Shown piece by piece: positions 48,513-58,685 of a stretch of DNA of 64,000 nucleotides. The stretch's first letter is position 1. Each line of letters begins with the position of its first letter. The translations under genes were made by a program, and so were the position numbers. Source of the DNA: an uncultured delta proteobacterium. Its GTDB lineage: Bacteria > Desulfobacterota > RBG-13-43-22. The notes under the pieces are model-generated. The model made no database searches, was not told where the DNA came from, and saw only the letters and a program-made list of their open reading frames with translations. The stretch is from contig CAWJJC010000022.1 in the NCBI GenBank assembly GCA_963843145.1, forward strand, positions 256,001-320,000, read 5' to 3'.

Positions 48513-49177
48513 TCTGCCAAATCCTCTCTGATGATCTTTCGCGGACCACCGCCTCCGGCTGTTCGCCAGTCCTTGGCCGGCGTAAAATCTTCGTATCGGT
48601 CTTCCAGGCCCAAGGCCTTGAGCCGGTCCCAGATCAACTGCCAGGCACAGTCCACCTCCGAACTGATTTCACATTTTCCCCGGGTCGATCCGCCGCAGGG
48701 TCCATTCATCAACCGTTTGGAACACCGGGCTATAGGGCAAATCCCCCCGGTTAATCCGAGGAGACAGTCCCCGCAACCCTGGCAGCGCTCGGCCCAGACC
48801 CCCGGACGTTCCGAGGCGCCCATAAAGGTGGTGTTGACGGCGGGGAAAACCGGTTTATCCTTGAAGCGCCGGGCCACTTCCTGAACGCCGCAGCCGCAGG
48901 CCATGGACATGACGGCCTCCACCCCGTCGATCAGGGGGACCAACTCCTCCACATATTCCGGATCGCACTGCCTTTCCAGCGTATGTTCCCGGATTTCGAT
49001 GTTTTTACCGCTTTTTAAAAAGGACATATGCAGGGCCGAGGCCAACAGCCCCACTTCCTTCCGTCCCCCGGCCGCGCAGACGGTAACGCATTCATTGCAG
49101 CCTACGAGAAGAATGCGTCCAAAGGGCCGCAGGTATTCCGTCAGTTCGTCTAAAGGTTTTCGGGTAGCCGTGATCAT
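48509..49177 (-). CDS. metV: MTHFR Fe-S/Zn accessory subunit
   Basis: GCNECVTVC, ERQCDPE, CGCG, CQGCGDC, CPIARCSK...NGPCGG, CAW. Confidence 0.9.
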   Translation of the reverse strand: MITATRKPLDELTEYLRPFGRILLVGCNECVTVCAAGGRKEVGLLASALHMSFLKSGKNIEIREHTLERQCDPEYVEELVPLIDGVEAVMSMACGCGVQEVARRFKDKPVFPAVNTTFMGASERPGVWAERCQGCGDCLLGLTGGICPIARCSKRLMNGPCGGSTRGKCEISSEVDCAWQLIWDRLKALGLEDRYEDFTPAKDWRTAGGGGPRKIIREDLAE

Positions 49178-49206
49178 ATTTTTCCACTCTCCTTCGTTCG
49201 GGCGCC

Positions 49207-49647
49207 TCAACAGGCAATCTTCCGCTCCTCGAGGAGGGCGGAATGAATGGGGCTGGGACCCAACTGGCGAATTTTTTCCGTTATATTCTTGGCCGTTTCG
49301 GCAAAGCGGTCGCCCATGCCGGCGGACAACAGGACCATTTCGAGGCGTTCCCCCCCGATTCCGATTTCATCTAACAGTTTTTGGACCAGCGCCACCCGGC
49401 GCGCCGCCCGGGTGTTACCGGTTTTAAAATGACAGTCGCCTTCGAGACAGCCGGCCACGTACACCCCGTCGGCGCCCTTTTCAAAGGCCTTGACGATATG
49501 GATGGCGTCCACCTTGCCGGAGCAGGGAACTCGAATAATTTTGACGTTGGCCGGATAACAGAGTCGCTGGCTTCCCGCCATATCCGCCGCCGTGTAGGCG
49601 CAGTAGTGGCAGCAGAAGGCCACGATGACCGGTTCAAAGTTTTCCAT
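49207..49647 (-). CDS. mvhD: Methyl-viologen-reducing hydrogenase delta subunit (2Fe-2S)
   Basis: FCCHYCAY.AAD, RVPCSGK, GADGV..AGCLEGDCHF. Confidence 0.92.
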   Translation of the reverse strand: MENFEPVIVAFCCHYCAYTAADMAGSQRLCYPANVKIIRVPCSGKVDAIHIVKAFEKGADGVYVAGCLEGDCHFKTGNTRAARRVALVQKLLDEIGIGGERLEMVLLSAGMGDRFAETAKNITEKIRQLGPSPIHSALLEERKIAC

Positions 49648-52600
49648 TAGGCCACCAACCTTTCCAGGAGTCCTTCCAGTTTGGCCAGGATCTGGTCATC
49701 CTCAAACTGCAAGAGTTGTATCGCCTTGGCCGGGCATTCGGCCGCACAAAGGCCGCAACCGTGGCACGTGGCCGGATCGATCTCCGAAACCCCGTCGGCG
49801 TTGATGAACGGAATCCCAAATGGGCAAGCCCTTACGCAAATCAGGCAGGCGGCACATTTGGCCCCGTCCACCCGGGCCACGGCCGCGCCCAGATTAATCA
49901 CGTCCCGGGCCAGCAGGGTCAGCGCCCGGGAGGCGACCGCCTGGGCCTGGGCCACACTTTCCCGGATGGTCTTGGGACTGTGGGCCGTGCCGGCCACGAA
50001 AAAGCCGGGGATCGGGAGATCGACCGGCCGGAGCTTGACGTGGTCTTCCAAGAAATAGCCGTCGCCGGTCCGCGGCAGCTTAAAAATCAGGGCCAGATCT
50101 TCCGTGGCTTCTTCGTCGGCCACCAATCCGGTACTCAGGCAAAGGCTGTCCGCCTTGACGGTCAACGTCCGGTCCAGGATCAGATCGCGAAAGGTGACCT
50201 CCAGCCGGTCCTCCGCGGCGACAACCTGGGGCGGCTCTTCTCTTTCAAAGCGAGCAAAGATCACGCCCCGCTCCCGGGCCAGCCGATAATAATCCTCCTG
50301 GAACCCGTAAGTACGCATGTCTCGATACAGGATAAAAATTTGCGTTTCCGGATTGAGGTCGAGAATTCGCAGGGCATTTTTGATGGCACTCTGGCAACAG
50401 AGGCGGGAACAATTGGGGTTGTCCGGACAGCGGGAGCCCACGCACTGGATCATCACTACGTTTTCCCAGGATTTGACCGTTTCCGGCTGATCCTCGATCA
50501 GGGCGTCAATCTCCAGTTGGGTCCGAACCGCCGGGTGTTGGTCCAGCAGGAATTCCGGTGGCCGGTTCGGCAGGGCCCCGGTGGCCAGGATGGTGACGCC
50601 GTGTTCTATTTGGCGGTAAAACATCTGCGGGCCAACCTGCATGCCGGTTTTGAACATGCCGGGCATCCCGGTATGATCCACGATGATGGCCCGGGTGATG
50701 ACCTGGATATTTTCGTGCCCTTCGACCTTTCCCATCAATTCCCGGATGAAGGTGGCGACATCCTCTCCTTCCAGAGTCCGGCGGATGTTTTGGGCCAGGC
50801 CGCCCAGGCCGGCCGACCGTTCGGCCAGGACCACCTTAAACCCCCGTTCGGCCAGATTCAGGGCCGCGGTCATACCGGTGACCCCCCCTCCAACTACCAG
50901 AATCGTCTTGTTCATGGGTAACAGGTGATCGACCAGAGGGTGGGCCTGGCGGACACTGCTTACGGCCATCCGGATCAGGTGGTCGGCTTTTTCGGCGGCC
51001 CCTCCCGGTTGATCGGCATGGACCCAGGTGGCCTGATCCCGGATATTGGCGATTTCCAGGAGGTAGCGGTTGAGTCCGGCCTTGCGGATCGTGTCTTGAA
51101 ACTTGGTTTCATGGGTCCGGGGGGAACAGCCGCCGATCACCACCCGGTTGAGACCTTCGGCTTCGATGACTTGTTGAATATGTTCCAGGGATTCCCGGCT
51201 GCAGCCATGGCCCACGACCTCGGAAACCGCCACCTGCGGCAAGATCCGGGCCTCCTCGGCCAGGGTCTGGACATCGATCACCCCACCGATATTGTAGCCG
51301 CAATCGCAGATGAAGACCCCGATCCGGGCTTCTTCGCCGGTGACGTCCCGCTCCGGAGGGAACGGGTCTTCCTGATCGGCCGTGGCCGTGACCGCCGTTA
51401 GATTGGCCGAGGCCATACAGGCGGCGGCGCTGGCTTGAACCATGGTTTCCGGTATGTCTTTCGGGCCTTCGAAAAGACCGCAGACGTAGATCCCCGGCCG
51501 GGAGGTGGCCACGGGATTGAAGCTTCCGGTTTTGGCGAAATAGTGCTCGTTCAGTTCGATGCCCAGATGGCGGGCCAACTGGTGGACGTCTTCGGCAACG
51601 TGGAACCCGGTGGAAAGCACCACCAGATCGAAATCTTCCTCTTGCGGCAGGCCGCTGTCCTGGAGGACGTAGGAGACGGACAGGGATTCGGCCCCGTCAT
51701 GGCGGACCACGCTGTGCGGTCGGCAACGGACGAGGCGGACGCCGTAGTCGTTTTTCGCCCGGTCCAGGTAGCGTTCATAGTCTTTCCCGGAGGTTCGCAT
51801 GTCCATGTAGAAGATGGTGGTCTCCATACTTTCCCGGAAGCGTTCCTTGGTCACGATGGCTTCCTTCAAGGCGAACATGCAACAGGCACTGGAACAGTAG
51901 GAGGCCGCCCCGTTTTGCAGCCCCCGGGATCCGACGCATTGAATCCAGGCGATTTTTTGAGGCTGCCGGCCGTCCGAGGGCCTAACGAGTTGACCCAGGG
52001 TTGGTCCGGAGGCCGACAGGATTCGTTCATACTCCAAACTGGTCACCACATCCGGCTCATCCGTGTAGCTGATACTATCCAGTCTGCTGGGGTCGAAAAG
52101 GGCCGCTCCGGGGGCCAGCACGATGGAACCGCAGGCGATTTGGCTGGTCTTTTCGGCGTCGTCGATGACGATGGCCCCGGCCGGACAGACCCGAACCAGC
52201 CCCTCCACATCCGGGCATTTCTCCAAATCGATGGAAAACGCTTGGGGCGTGGCCTGAGGGTAGCGCATGCAGGTGGGCGCCCGATGGTCCAGTCCCGGGG
52301 TAAAACGGACACATTCCGGGTACTTTTTGAAACAGTCCCCACAGGCCGTGCATTTGTCCAAATCGATATAGCGGGGGGCGGTGGTCAGGGTTACGCTGAA
52401 ATTTCCCGCCTCCCCTTCCACTTTTTCCACCTGACTCATGGTCAGCAGTTCAATATGAAGCTGACGACCGCTTTCGGAAAGATGGGGTGAAAGAGTGCAG
52501 AGGTCACAGTTATTGGTGGGAAATGTACGATCGAGTTGGGTCATCAGACCGCCGATGGAAAAGGCCTTGTCGACCAAAACCACGTCTCGGCCGGACTCGG

Positions 52601-52688
52601 CCAGATCCAGGGCGGTTCGTATTCCGCCGAGGCCTCCACCGACGACCAGTATCTTATTGTTTGATTGCCATTTTTCTTGATTCTGCAT
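49647..52688 (-). CDS. hdrA: Large heterodisulfide reductase subunit A-like flavoprotein (two FAD modules)
   Basis: Two VVGGG motifs, LDRTFPTNNC, two QCVGSR...CS..CC motifs, GPKDIP, ferredoxin motifs. Confidence 0.92.
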   Translation of the reverse strand: MQNQEKWQSNNKILVVGGGLGGIRTALDLAESGRDVVLVDKAFSIGGLMTQLDRTFPTNNCDLCTLSPHLSESGRQLHIELLTMSQVEKVEGEAGNFSVTLTTAPRYIDLDKCTACGDCFKKYPECVRFTPGLDHRAPTCMRYPQATPQAFSIDLEKCPDVEGLVRVCPAGAIVIDDAEKTSQIACGSIVLAPGAALFDPSRLDSISYTDEPDVVTSLEYERILSASGPTLGQLVRPSDGRQPQKIAWIQCVGSRGLQNGAASYCSSACCMFALKEAIVTKERFRESMETTIFYMDMRTSGKDYERYLDRAKNDYGVRLVRCRPHSVVRHDGAESLSVSYVLQDSGLPQEEDFDLVVLSTGFHVAEDVHQLARHLGIELNEHYFAKTGSFNPVATSRPGIYVCGLFEGPKDIPETMVQASAAACMASANLTAVTATADQEDPFPPERDVTGEEARIGVFICDCGYNIGGVIDVQTLAEEARILPQVAVSEVVGHGCSRESLEHIQQVIEAEGLNRVVIGGCSPRTHETKFQDTIRKAGLNRYLLEIANIRDQATWVHADQPGGAAEKADHLIRMAVSSVRQAHPLVDHLLPMNKTILVVGGGVTGMTAALNLAERGFKVVLAERSAGLGGLAQNIRRTLEGEDVATFIRELMGKVEGHENIQVITRAIIVDHTGMPGMFKTGMQVGPQMFYRQIEHGVTILATGALPNRPPEFLLDQHPAVRTQLEIDALIEDQPETVKSWENVVMIQCVGSRCPDNPNCSRLCCQSAIKNALRILDLNPETQIFILYRDMRTYGFQEDYYRLARERGVIFARFEREEPPQVVAAEDRLEVTFRDLILDRTLTVKADSLCLSTGLVADEEATEDLALIFKLPRTGDGYFLEDHVKLRPVDLPIPGFFVAGTAHSPKTIRESVAQAQAVASRALTLLARDVINLGAAVARVDGAKCAACLICVRACPFGIPFINADGVSEIDPATCHGCGLCAAECPAKAIQLLQFEDDQILAKLEGLLERLVA

Positions 52689-52789
52689 AGTACCCTTTAT
52701 TTTGTTTTGTCCCGGACACCATGGGCCGGGTGAAAAGTTAACTGGGAAGCCAGGAGGCCATCCGGCCCCCCCGGTTCAACGCCCACCCT

Positions 52790-53662
52790 TTAGAGACCGG
52801 CCGCGTCCAGAATGGCCGGCAGTCGGTGTTCCCATCCCAGGGTCTGAATCAATACGCCCTGAGCCAGACCCTTCAGCCCGGCGATGGTCTCTCCGGCAAT
52901 CCGGATTCCCTCGTTTTCCCGATCCGCCGATTTACGGATACGCCGTATCAGCTCTTCGGAGATATGGGCCCCCGGTTCACTGTTGGCGATGTACCGGGCT
53001 ACGGCGACCGATTTTAAAAGAAAAACGGTGGGAATGATCGGCACCTGGAGGGTTTGGGCCTTGGACATGAAATCGCTGAAGCGATCCAGATCGAACACCG
53101 GGGGGGCGATGAGAAAGCGGGCGCCGGCTTCAATTTTTTTGCGGGCTGTTTCCAGTTCCTCTTCCAGGGCCTGGGAGTCCTCGAACAGGGCGATGGTGCC
53201 TCCGGCAGTAAAACTGGGGCTGCCGTCGAGATCAAATCCGGCCAGATCCTTTCCGTCCTGGAGAGACCGGATCGCCTGCAGCAGACCGATTTCATCCAGG
53301 TCGTCGACCGGTTGCGTCTCCCGGTGGTCGCTCTGGCTGATATCCACGCTGTGGACCACGAGGAGGTTTTGAATTCCGAGCACATGGGCCGCCAGCGCAT
53401 CGCCCTGGAGGGCCATGCGGTTGCGGTCCCGGCAATAGACATGGATAATCGCTTCGAGGCCCTGTTGCTGCATCAAGACTCCTCCGGCCAAGGCGCTCAT
53501 TCGCATGATCCCGTTGTCCATGTCCGGGATGACGATGGCGTCGACCCGACCCTTGATCCGACGGGCGTCCATCACCAGCCTGGAGATGTTGACGCCTTTG
53601 GGGGTGTGCATCTCGGCCAATACCACAAACTCTCCTGACGATAATCGTTTCTGAAAACTCAT
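52790..53662 (-). CDS. Second, divergent MetF-like protein
   Basis: AEMHTPKG, RDRNRMALQGD, KKIEAGA; LSGD replaced by VHSVD and TQ by PP. Confidence 0.85.
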   Translation of the reverse strand: MSFQKRLSSGEFVVLAEMHTPKGVNISRLVMDARRIKGRVDAIVIPDMDNGIMRMSALAGGVLMQQQGLEAIIHVYCRDRNRMALQGDALAAHVLGIQNLLVVHSVDISQSDHRETQPVDDLDEIGLLQAIRSLQDGKDLAGFDLDGSPSFTAGGTIALFEDSQALEEELETARKKIEAGARFLIAPPVFDLDRFSDFMSKAQTLQVPIIPTVFLLKSVAVARYIANSEPGAHISEELIRRIRKSADRENEGIRIAGETIAGLKGLAQGVLIQTLGWEHRLPAILDAAGL

Positions 53663-53818
53663 AGGCGCTTTTTCCCCTCCACTACCGGTTTGGTAAGGTT
53701 AGTGGTTCTCCCGAACCGAAATGATGCTACCTGCCGGGAGACCTCTTTTTGATGGACTTTTTTCTCCGGACAAGCGATGTGCCTGAAACGCAGGACTTCG
53801 GCTTGGGGTTCTTTGGTT

Positions 53819-54064
53819 TTAGTGACGTTTCCTTATCCGCAATCGGTGAAAGTTTTCTTTTTCTTCCAATGGGTCGGTATCGATGATCTCATAGGAAGAA
53901 TCCGCCAGCACCTTGAAAAGGTCCTGAAGCGTGTCTGCATCCAGTCCCAGGAGCTCCATAATTTCGAGGGCCTTCATTTCATTGAAGAGTCGAGTTATCT
54001 TCAGCAAAGTGATCGAAGATATGCTCCCTCTGAAATCAAGTATGTAGTCTGCCTGAGATGACAA
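53819..54064 (-). CDS. TusA/SirA-fold small protein without Cys
   Basis: YILDFRGSISSITLLK aligns with TusA LD.RG..CP.P; ends FHRLRIRK; probable TTG start. Confidence 0.55.
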   Translation of the reverse strand: MSSQADYILDFRGSISSITLLKITRLFNEMKALEIMELLGLDADTLQDLFKVLADSSYEIIDTDPLEEKENFHRLRIRKRH

Positions 54065-54102
54065 TGGCCTGATATCCCTTTTTGGCTTTGGGAAATGGGC
54101 AA

Positions 54103-54118
54103 AGCAAAAAAGGGACCA
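54103..54118 (-). promoter_or_regulatory. sigma54 -24/-12 promoter of the tusA-like/metF/hdrA operon
   Basis: TGGTCCCTTTTTTGCT with exact spacing; divergent sigma54 activator next door. Confidence 0.72.
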
Positions 54119-54284
54119 AGGGACCAAGGAACGGCCGCAAGAAAAGATTATATGATTTATTACATAAAAACAATAGATTTAATAGAATAACCCAGAGAGG
54201 GAACCCCCAGGGGTTGACAAAGGGGTGTTAAACTGTAAATATAGCCTGCCTTTACAGGTGCTATCGTTTAACAGAGGAGCTTTA

Positions 54285-55676
54285 ATGTTAGGTCAGGAAC
54301 TCGACCGGTACTGGAAAACCGTGGTCAATACGATCAGTGACGGCATCATGATCGTCAGTACCAGCGGTACCATCGTATCGGTCAACGAAGCTTTTGAACA
54401 GATAACAGGCTATGAGCGGGCCGAACTGATCGGCAAACCATGCACCGTCATGGACTGCGATGTTTGTAGGGAAGCGCTGGAAAACGGCGGGGATCATTGG
54501 TGTATTCTTTTTCGAACCGGAAACATCCGGCAGCGGAAATGCCGGATCAGGAAGAAGGACGGCACGTACATCCATGCCCTGAAAAAGGCCGCTATTTTGC
54601 GCGATGACGACGGCCGGACGATCGGTGCCGTGGGGACTATATCCGATCTGACTGAAATCATAGAAAAAGATAACCAGCTCGAGGCGTTTCGGCAGGAGCT
54701 TCGCTCCGCAGACGGGTTTCACGGTATCATCGGAACCTCCGCCCCCATGCGGCAGGTGTTCGACTTGATAGAAAATTCGGCCCATTCCGATGCGCCGGTG
54801 ATTATTTTCGGGGAAAGCGGTACCGGCAAGGAATTGGTGAGCCGGGCGATTCATGAAATCGGGGAACGGAAAAATCAACCCCTGGTCAAGGTCAACTGTG
54901 CCAGCCTGACGGAATCCTTGCTGGAAAGCGAGCTGTTCGGTCATGTGCGGGGCGCCTATACCGGTGCCTACCGCGACCGGATCGGGCGCTTCGAGAAGGC
55001 CAACGGCGGGGACCTGTTTCTGGATGAAATCGGCGATCTGCCCCTGTCAACCCAGGTCAAACTGCTGCGGGTCCTGGAAGAGAAAATGATCGAACGGGTA
55101 GGGGCCAGCACCCCGATCCCCACCGATGTTCGCTTTATTTCCGCCACCAACCGAAATCTGCTGCAGCTCGTCGAGCGGGGCGCTTTTCGAAAGGATTTTT
55201 ACTTTCGGATCAATGTCATTCCCATTTCGCTGCCCGTCCTTCGGGACAGGGTCGAAGATATCCCCTTGCTGGCCGAATCCTTTTTTCGAACGATACGGTT
55301 GAAAAGCGGGAAAAACATCGAAGGGATCAGCAACGAGGCCATGGATGTCCTCGTTAGCCACTCCTGGCCGGGAAACGTCCGGGAGCTAAAAAGCGCCTTC
55401 GAATACGCCTTTGTCACCTGCCAGGACGTCATGATCCGGCCCGAGCACCTTCCGTCTACCATCTACCGTCGAAAAGGCTCCCCCAGGACATCCAAGCGGA
55501 AATCCTTCGACCTGAAGGAGATAGAAAAACGGGAACTGCTGGAGACGCTGGAAAAGACCGGCGGAAATCAATCGGAAGCCGCCGAACTCCTTCGGGTTTC
55601 CCGAGTCACCATCTGGAACCGCATGAAACGGTTCGGCATCAACGCCGAACGGAAAATTGCAGTCCGAACGAATTGA
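54285..55676 (+). CDS. PAS sigma54-dependent activator
   Basis: Cys-rich [27 protein letters not shown]; RBS AGGAG. Confidence 0.93.
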   Translation: MLGQELDRYWKTVVNTISDGIMIVSTSGTIVSVNEAFEQITGYERAELIGKPCTVMDCDVCREALENGGDHWCILFRTGNIRQRKCRIRKKDGTYIHALKKAAILRDDDGRTIGAVGTISDLTEIIEKDNQLEAFRQELRSADGFHGIIGTSAPMRQVFDLIENSAHSDAPVIIFGESGTGKELVSRAIHEIGERKNQPLVKVNCASLTESLLESELFGHVRGAYTGAYRDRIGRFEKANGGDLFLDEIGDLPLSTQVKLLRVLEEKMIERVGASTPIPTDVRFISATNRNLLQLVERGAFRKDFYFRINVIPISLPVLRDRVEDIPLLAESFFRTIRLKSGKNIEGISNEAMDVLVSHSWPGNVRELKSAFEYAFVTCQDVMIRPEHLPSTIYRRKGSPRTSKRKSFDLKEIEKRELLETLEKTGGNQSEAAELLRVSRVTIWNRMKRFGINAERKIAVRTN

Positions 55677-55736
55677 GTTTAACGAATCCACTGCGGCACT
55701 TGGTGCCCCAAAATTCTCTTTCCTCGGTTTTCTTTT

Positions 55737-56318
55737 CTAGGTCAATATCTCCCCGGGACCTTCAGCTGGTCGCTTCTCACCGCTGCTCCCTCGCTCATAA
55801 GAAAGAAGCATTTGGTGAACGCCCCTGAAATAGGGGAGGTTGGGTTTGAGCCATCCAAAGAAAACCCGGGCCAGAATGTACCATAGAATAAAAAAGGCCA
55901 CATAATTCATCCCCCATCCCTTGAAGGGGAGGGGCAGGGAAATACCAGCGAACCTCTCCTGCATCCAGGCTAGGGCTAAAAAGATGGGCCAGAGGGAGGC
56001 AGCGGATAAGCCGAACTTGTTGAAAAAAAGGTGGCCGAAGGCGTCGTTTCCCTCTTTATTGATTGCCCGGTAGCTCTTTTCATCCCCCAGGCGAAGTGCC
56101 TCCTCGGAAAGGCGGCCCATCTTTTCCGTCCGGTCTGTCAGCCGGTCCAGGTGGTTCTTGTTCACCTTGAAAACCAGCGATATGGTAAGCTCCCCTACCA
56201 GTACCGCGAGAAAGGCGAGCAGAAAAGTTCCTAAGAAGTAGTCCACCAAGGGAATTCCGAAGAGCCGGTAAAGCTGAATCAGGAAGCGGTCAAAAAATTC
56301 ATACATGCTGAACTCCAT
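55737..56318 (-). CDS. Hypothetical membrane protein
   Basis: About three TM segments; follows the TSUP gene. Confidence 0.75.
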   Translation of the reverse strand: MEFSMYEFFDRFLIQLYRLFGIPLVDYFLGTFLLAFLAVLVGELTISLVFKVNKNHLDRLTDRTEKMGRLSEEALRLGDEKSYRAINKEGNDAFGHLFFNKFGLSAASLWPIFLALAWMQERFAGISLPLPFKGWGMNYVAFFILWYILARVFFGWLKPNLPYFRGVHQMLLSYERGSSGEKRPAEGPGEILT

Positions 56319-56395
56319 CTTTCACCACACCTTCCACTGCAGGGGTTTAAAACACCAGGAGCGTGCCGGGGGCGACCCGGCACGCCCGAGAAACA

Positions 56396-57649
56396 TTAGG
56401 GCAGCCAAGCTTGGCCGAAAAAGCCGGCGCTGAAGTAGCGCAAGCCTACATACAGGGCCAGGATGATGAAGATGATCTTCAACCAGATATCGGGAATATA
56501 TTTCTGGGTACGCGGCCCGATCATGGATCCGATGAAAATTCCGATGAGTTCGATGCCGATAAGACCCCAGTCCATACCGGCCTTGGCTACGGTCATATAC
56601 CCGGTTATGCTGGTGAGCATGCTGAGCAACACCGCCAGGGCGGAGGTCCCGGCTACCACGAACATGGGCGCCCCCACCAGGCTGATCAGAAAGGGGACAT
56701 ACAGAAACCCTCCGCCCACCCCGAGAAAGGACGAAATAGCGGCAATGAAAATCCCGCCTATAAAGGCGAAGATAGGGTTAAACGAAAAATCCGATCCGAA
56801 AAATGAAAAGGTGCATTGGGTAAGTCCAAAATGTTTAAGGTTAATCCCCTGGGCCGCCAAGTCCTTTTTTTCCTTGACACTCTGTTCAAAAGCCTGGGCT
56901 GCCGCCTTGGCCGACTTTTTTTTGGCCTGTCCTTTCGGTGTCATATCATAGACCAGGAAGGCCCCCACGACGAACACGAAGAGACCGAACCACCCCTGAT
57001 ATTGCCGGAAGCTGACCTTGCCGCCCGTCAGCATAGGGATAAACACGGCACCGGCAATAGACCCGAGGGCCAGGGCGACACCGAGAGGCCAGGCCAGTCG
57101 TTTGGCCCTCAAATAATTGATGGTGCTGATCAGGGCCGAAAGGCCGACCAGGAATTGATTGGAGGTTCGAATACTGTCGGTCAGGGTCTTGTTCAGGTCA
57201 TGCGCGGTAGTTCTGAAGCCCTTGGCATAATCACCGAGACCATAAATCGTCATGTGGCCCACACCAGCCATGATTCCGCCGAAGGCCCCGACGGTGGAAA
57301 ATATCCAGCCCACCCAAACGGCCCACAATATGGCCAGCACGTAATTTACCTTGGGGGCTCCCGGAATCCCGAACACGCCTTTCGGGGCATTCAGATCTAT
57401 CTGGCCTTTTCCTTGGCCGACCGGGGCCTTGGCTATGGCCTCACCCAGTTTACCCGAAAGACCGAGGTTGTTCCCGACTGTCCGTGATGTTTCTGGGGTT
57501 GGTTCCGAGAGCTGCGGTGCAACCGGCGGTGCTGGTTTTTCTTGGGCCACTGCCGTCAAAACCGTGGTGATAGATAGGGCCAGCGACAAGGCCAAAACGA
57601 TCAAAGCCCCTTTCCGCCACCCGTTCATTCTCTTTTCTTTCTGCATCAT
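56396..57649 (-). CDS. TSUP/TauE-SafE family exporter with N-terminal extracytoplasmic extension
   Basis: GWIFSTVGAFGG and SFLGVGGGFLYVP motifs; RBS AAGGAGG. Confidence 0.88.
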   Translation of the reverse strand: MMQKEKRMNGWRKGALIVLALSLALSITTVLTAVAQEKPAPPVAPQLSEPTPETSRTVGNNLGLSGKLGEAIAKAPVGQGKGQIDLNAPKGVFGIPGAPKVNYVLAILWAVWVGWIFSTVGAFGGIMAGVGHMTIYGLGDYAKGFRTTAHDLNKTLTDSIRTSNQFLVGLSALISTINYLRAKRLAWPLGVALALGSIAGAVFIPMLTGGKVSFRQYQGWFGLFVFVVGAFLVYDMTPKGQAKKKSAKAAAQAFEQSVKEKKDLAAQGINLKHFGLTQCTFSFFGSDFSFNPIFAFIGGIFIAAISSFLGVGGGFLYVPFLISLVGAPMFVVAGTSALAVLLSMLTSITGYMTVAKAGMDWGLIGIELIGIFIGSMIGPRTQKYIPDIWLKIIFIILALYVGLRYFSAGFFGQAWLP

Positions 57650-58184
57650 TCAAATTTCCTCCTTTGTAAATGGACTAGGCCCCAAGCGGAAAATGATTCA
57701 AGCCTGTTACCTATCGGTTGACCATTTGCTCCGCCAACGCCGTGCCGGAAACCTGGAAGACCCTGCCGTTTTTCAGTTGGGTTTTATCAATACTGGATGG
57801 AGACTGATTCGGCCTAGCGAGTTTAAGGAGGGGTCAGCGGCCACTGATTCTTTGGCTGGCAGCCCAGCGAAGGAAGGGGCATCTCTGGACCGACGCCAGT
57901 TTGAGATGAATAGGGAAATCCGACAAACGCCAGCCAATCGGAGCAAGGAACCAAGAGCCCTATTGTTCTACTATCTACCATGGTATACCTCTTGGTGATG
58001 GATAATAGTACTATTTATTATCCCAACATTCACCGCCGTTGTCCAGCGATTTTGAGGAGGACTTCAGAAAGGGGGAGCGCTCGAAGGGATTGGAGGGAGA
58101 CCTTTAGGCCGGCAGTTCCTAAGGGAAGGCCGGATAGAGGCGGTTAAGGCCGCCCCCATCCTCGGCCGTTAATCGAGTGGAAGC

Positions 58185-58685
58185 CTAAGAACTAATATTT
58201 ACCGTTGCCGATCCAAACCCTCCCATGGAGGAGGCCTGCACCTGGTCGGTCCCGGTTTGTTGCGGAACGTAGGTTCCCAGCAGTTGACCGATATCATTGG
58301 AAGTACTGACGCAACCGGTAACCACCGGCGCATCTTTACCTAATTCATCGACAAAAATCATTCCGTGCGTAGTAGAAAGGCAAATACGTGTTCCCTTGAG
58401 GGCCGGTGAGCCGGCCGCGTCCCTGACCGTAACCACCACGGAAGTTGATTCCGCCCTACCCAGGGAAAGGGTGCTGGAAAAGAGTTTGACATTAACCGTC
58501 CAGCCTACCCCGGATCCGCCTGTGCCGGTGGCCCCGGTGCTGGTGCTGCTGCCGGCCCCGGAACTGCAGGCCAATAGTCCCGCGACCATTATTAAGAATA
58601 CTCCCAGGGACATCACGGTGGCCGGTCGACGGGTTCCTTTGGTGAACGCTCGCTTTAAAACCGCCTTCATCTTTTCCGGGACCAT
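58185..58685 (-). CDS. Lipoprotein with Ig-like beta domain
   Basis: Lipobox LLAC, Gly/Ser/Thr linker, VVVTVRDAAGSP beta-strand motif. Confidence 0.6.
   Translation of the reverse strand: MVPEKMKAVLKRAFTKGTRRPATVMSLGVFLIMVAGLLACSSGAGSSTSTGATGTGGSGVGWTVNVKLFSSTLSLGRAESTSVVVTVRDAAGSPALKGTRICLSTTHGMIFVDELGKDAPVVTGCVSTSNDIGQLLGTYVPQQTGTDQVQASSMGGFGSATVNISS

Noticed and set aside
49716-52490. Long plus-strand ORFs (401 aa, 351 aa) opposite hdrA, and similar antisense ORFs elsewhere
   Set aside because: Antisense shadows expected from GC-rich codon usage; no motifs
57650-58184. Riboswitch or ncRNA in the long leader of the third TSUP gene
   Set aside because: No recognisable aptamer consensus by eye; an Rfam search would be needed
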